A program made the position numbers and the translations under genes. The notes under the pieces are model-generated. The model was not told the origin of the DNA, ran no database searches, and was given only the letters and a program-made list of their open reading frames with translations. From Blochmannia endosymbiont of Camponotus modoc (GTDB lineage Bacteria > Pseudomonadota > Gammaproteobacteria > Enterobacterales > Enterobacteriaceae), in contig NZ_CP097765.1 in assembly GCF_023585785.1 (NCBI RefSeq), positions 420,001-452,000 of the forward strand: DNA of 32,000 nucleotides, given 5' to 3'. This document shows, piece by piece, positions 29,675 to 32,000 of this stretch (position 1 is its first letter; each line of letters starts with the position of its first letter).

Positions 29675-31369
29675 TCAATGTACATCATTACACGAAGACA
29701 TACTACCTAAGAATTTCATATTTATTGGTTTATTTAAAATACGTGCATGAGACAACTGCGTTAGTATTTTGTTACTAGATAGCCCTTTGTCTAACTCAAT
29801 AATAGCATGAAAAGAAAATAATTTAATATTACCTATTTCGTGATAACGAATATTAGCAATATTATTCGAAAGTACTCTAATAATATGACGTATTTTAACT
29901 CCATCATTACGCCCTACTGATATGTGATAAGCATCCATATTATCAGCAATTTTAGATTGCAACCTAGTTTTAATAGCTCTATAATTTTGACGATTACTAT
30001 TTATACGCATTTTAGAAACTGATTTATTTTTAACAATCGGATCTGGAGGTAATACCAATGGACGATTTCCTTGCGCTATTTTCAGCAAAACCGCTGCTAA
30101 ATTTTCCGTTGTCAAGTCTCTTCTAGGTTTTATTTGGGGTAATAGAGCTCGATATACATCCAAATCATCATTCTCAGTACTTAATTGATATTCTACTTTA
30201 TTCGTAAATCTCAATAATCGACAATCAAATAAAGTTTTAGAGGTAGGATACTGAACCTCTGGAATTTTTAAGTTTATTTTACGTTCAATATGACGCAACA
30301 AACGACATTCTTTCTGCTCTACAAATAATAAAGATTTTCCCATGCGTCCTGCTCTACCAGTTCTGCCTATACGATGTATATAGGCATCAGAATTTATTGG
30401 TATATCATAATTTATTACTAAACTAATACGATGCACATCTAATCCACGTGCAGCAACATCAGTAGCTATAAGAATATCTAATTTACCATGCCTTAATCGA
30501 TCTAACGTCTGATGTCGTACTGTTTGATTCATATCTCCATTCAAAGCTGCACTATTGTAACCAAATCTCTCTAATATTTCGGAAATCTCTAGCGTTGCAT
30601 ATTTAGTACGAACAAAAACAATAGCTGCATCAAAATCTTCTGTTTCTAAAAAACGCATTAAAGCGTCATGTTTAGCGATTCCTGCATGCACTAACCAATA
30701 ACTTTGTCTAATATTAGCACACATGCTAGTATTAGAATGAATAAATACTTCTTTTGGATTATTCATAAATCGATAACTTATACGACGAATACCCATAGGT
30801 AAAGTAGCAGAAAATAATGCTGTTTGACGTTTAACTGGAATATTTTTAATGATACGCTCTACATCTTCAATAAATCCCATACGCAACATTTCATCAGCTT
30901 CATCTATCACTAAAGTTTTTAGTTGCGATAAATTAGCAGTGCCACGGTTTAAATGATCTATTAGTCTACCTGGAGTACTTACTATAATATGAGGTCTCTT
31001 ATTTAAAGCACTTAATTGAATGCCATAACTTTGCCCTCCATATAAAGTAACAACATTTATTTTTTTCATATATCTTGAAAAATTAGAACACACTCTCCCA
31101 ATTTGTATCGCTAACTCTCGAGTAGGCGTTATAATTAAACCCTGAGAACAAGAATTGTTAATATCAATATTATGTAATAATGGTAAAACAAATGCCGCAG
31201 TTTTTCCGCTACCTGTATGCGCCATTCCTAACACATCATATCCAGCTAATAAATATGGAATGCATTGAATTTGAATCGGTAAAGGTTTTTCATACCCCAC
31301 ATCATGTAAAACATTGACAATATAACGATTTAATCCTAAATCTATAAAAGAGTCTGCGGTTTTCGACAT
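29675..31369 (-). CDS. deaD: DEAD-box ATP-dependent RNA helicase DeaD/CsdA (lacks the Arg/Gly-rich C-terminal tail)
   Basis: 564-aa ORF. FIDLGLN..IVNVLHDVGYEKPLPIQIQCIPYLLAGYDVLGMAHTGSGKTAAF carries the Q-motif and motif I. VIDEADEML (DEAD), FSATLP (SAT) and HRIGRTGRAG (motif VI) are also present. The C-terminal DbpA-like domain ...GNIKLFSFHAIIELDKG...RILNKPINMKFLG matches E. coli DeaD ...GNIKLFASHSTIELPKG...RILNKPMNMQLLG. A GAGGT Shine-Dalgarno lies 9 nt upstream. Confidence 0.96.
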   Translation of the reverse strand: MSKTADSFIDLGLNRYIVNVLHDVGYEKPLPIQIQCIPYLLAGYDVLGMAHTGSGKTAAFVLPLLHNIDINNSCSQGLIITPTRELAIQIGRVCSNFSRYMKKINVVTLYGGQSYGIQLSALNKRPHIIVSTPGRLIDHLNRGTANLSQLKTLVIDEADEMLRMGFIEDVERIIKNIPVKRQTALFSATLPMGIRRISYRFMNNPKEVFIHSNTSMCANIRQSYWLVHAGIAKHDALMRFLETEDFDAAIVFVRTKYATLEISEILERFGYNSAALNGDMNQTVRHQTLDRLRHGKLDILIATDVAARGLDVHRISLVINYDIPINSDAYIHRIGRTGRAGRMGKSLLFVEQKECRLLRHIERKINLKIPEVQYPTSKTLFDCRLLRFTNKVEYQLSTENDDLDVYRALLPQIKPRRDLTTENLAAVLLKIAQGNRPLVLPPDPIVKNKSVSKMRINSNRQNYRAIKTRLQSKIADNMDAYHISVGRNDGVKIRHIIRVLSNNIANIRYHEIGNIKLFSFHAIIELDKGLSSNKILTQLSHARILNKPINMKFLGSMSSCNDVH

Positions 31370-31797
31370 CTGTGATTACCTCATTTTAATAAACAATTAA
31401 CTGTATAAAATACACATCAAAACCCTTTTAAAAAATATAAAAAGAATACACATACAGACGGATTAAAGTTATTTTAATAACAACGCTCTCGTCATACATA
31501 TCCTGCGCTTGCAATAACTACAAATTAAAATAAAATTAACAATATTGATTATAACTTCATGAATACGAGTATAAATTCCATTTCATAAAGAAGAAAAAAC
31601 ATTAATTCTTGAGATGCTATGAAATATTAACCATATATATTTTGTATAAGTTATGTAATAGTGTATCACTAATTCAATTGATTTATTTCCTTAGTACCCA
31701 TATTTATCTTGTATTAGAATTTTATTCTATTAAGCATCAAATGATTTGATTTGATTTATTTTTTAAATGATAATATGCACTATCTTACTTAATTGTA

Positions 31798-31829
31798 TTA
31801 TATACCTTATATATACCCTTATATATGCC
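31798..31829. repeat. three imperfect tandem copies of TTATATA(TA)(C/G)CC(C) upstream of deaD
   Basis: TTATATACC / TTATATATACCC / TTATATATGCC read directly from the sequence. A (TGATT)3 microsatellite lies nearby at about 31742-31756, and a tandem AACCTAG x2 lies at 31875-31888. Confidence 0.4.
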
Positions 31830-32000
31830 TTAATATTATATATGATTTTTTTATTGCTATAAATTTCAACACCCAACCTAGAACCTAGCTACATGAATCG
31901 TCACCGATCTTTTCTATGTAATCAACCACGCAACTACAATTATCTCACATACGTAAACATATAAAATTTTATCACAGTAAAATACTATGCGCTCACTTGA

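Noticed and set aside
31893-32000. Edge ORFs at the right end: a plus-strand 23-codon ORF (31893-31964), a plus-strand ATG at 31987 (MRSL...), and a minus-strand frame open for 29 codons from the window edge (...IIVVAWLIT*)
   Set aside because: All are too short to distinguish from chance, and I recognised no homology. One of them could belong to a gene that continues beyond the window, but that cannot be supported from this sequence.

Overview
This is an AT-rich (about 25-30% GC by eye), gene-dense housekeeping segment. It looks like a reduced-genome enterobacterial insect endosymbiont. Blochmannia-like is my best guess, because it retains lptD/surA together with thr, leu, dapB and carAB biosynthesis, but I cannot verify that here. 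I can support 22 protein genes, all recognised from conserved motifs and remembered E. coli orthologues. On the + strand: leuD (3' end), lptD, surA, pdxA, rsmA/ksgA and apaH. On the - strand, listed in coordinate order: folA, carB, carA, dapB, ispH, lspA, ileS and ribF. Then rpsT on +, followed by dnaJ, dnaK, thrC, thrB, thrA, holD and deaD on -. From leuD to thrA, order and relative orientation match the first roughly 80 kb of the E. coli K-12 map, with all dispensable genes deleted and only short AT-rich spacers left. I found no rRNA, tRNA, CRISPR, IS, phage or toxin/defence-type genes, and no convincing evidence of a novel multi-gene system. This is a core region, not an accessory island. 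The points most worth a second look are: (1) ispH can only yield a full-length, cluster-binding protein if it initiates at an ATT or ATA codon, which follows a strong Shine-Dalgarno; (2) a perfect 20-bp inverted repeat lies between thrC and dnaK; (3) a good sigma-32 promoter match precedes dnaK; (4) unusually long non-coding spacers occur where E. coli has apaG, thrL/upstream genes and the deaD leader; (5) in-frame 9-10 nt poly(A) tracts occur in several genes; (6) LptD, SurA and DeaD show lineage-specific sequence changes.
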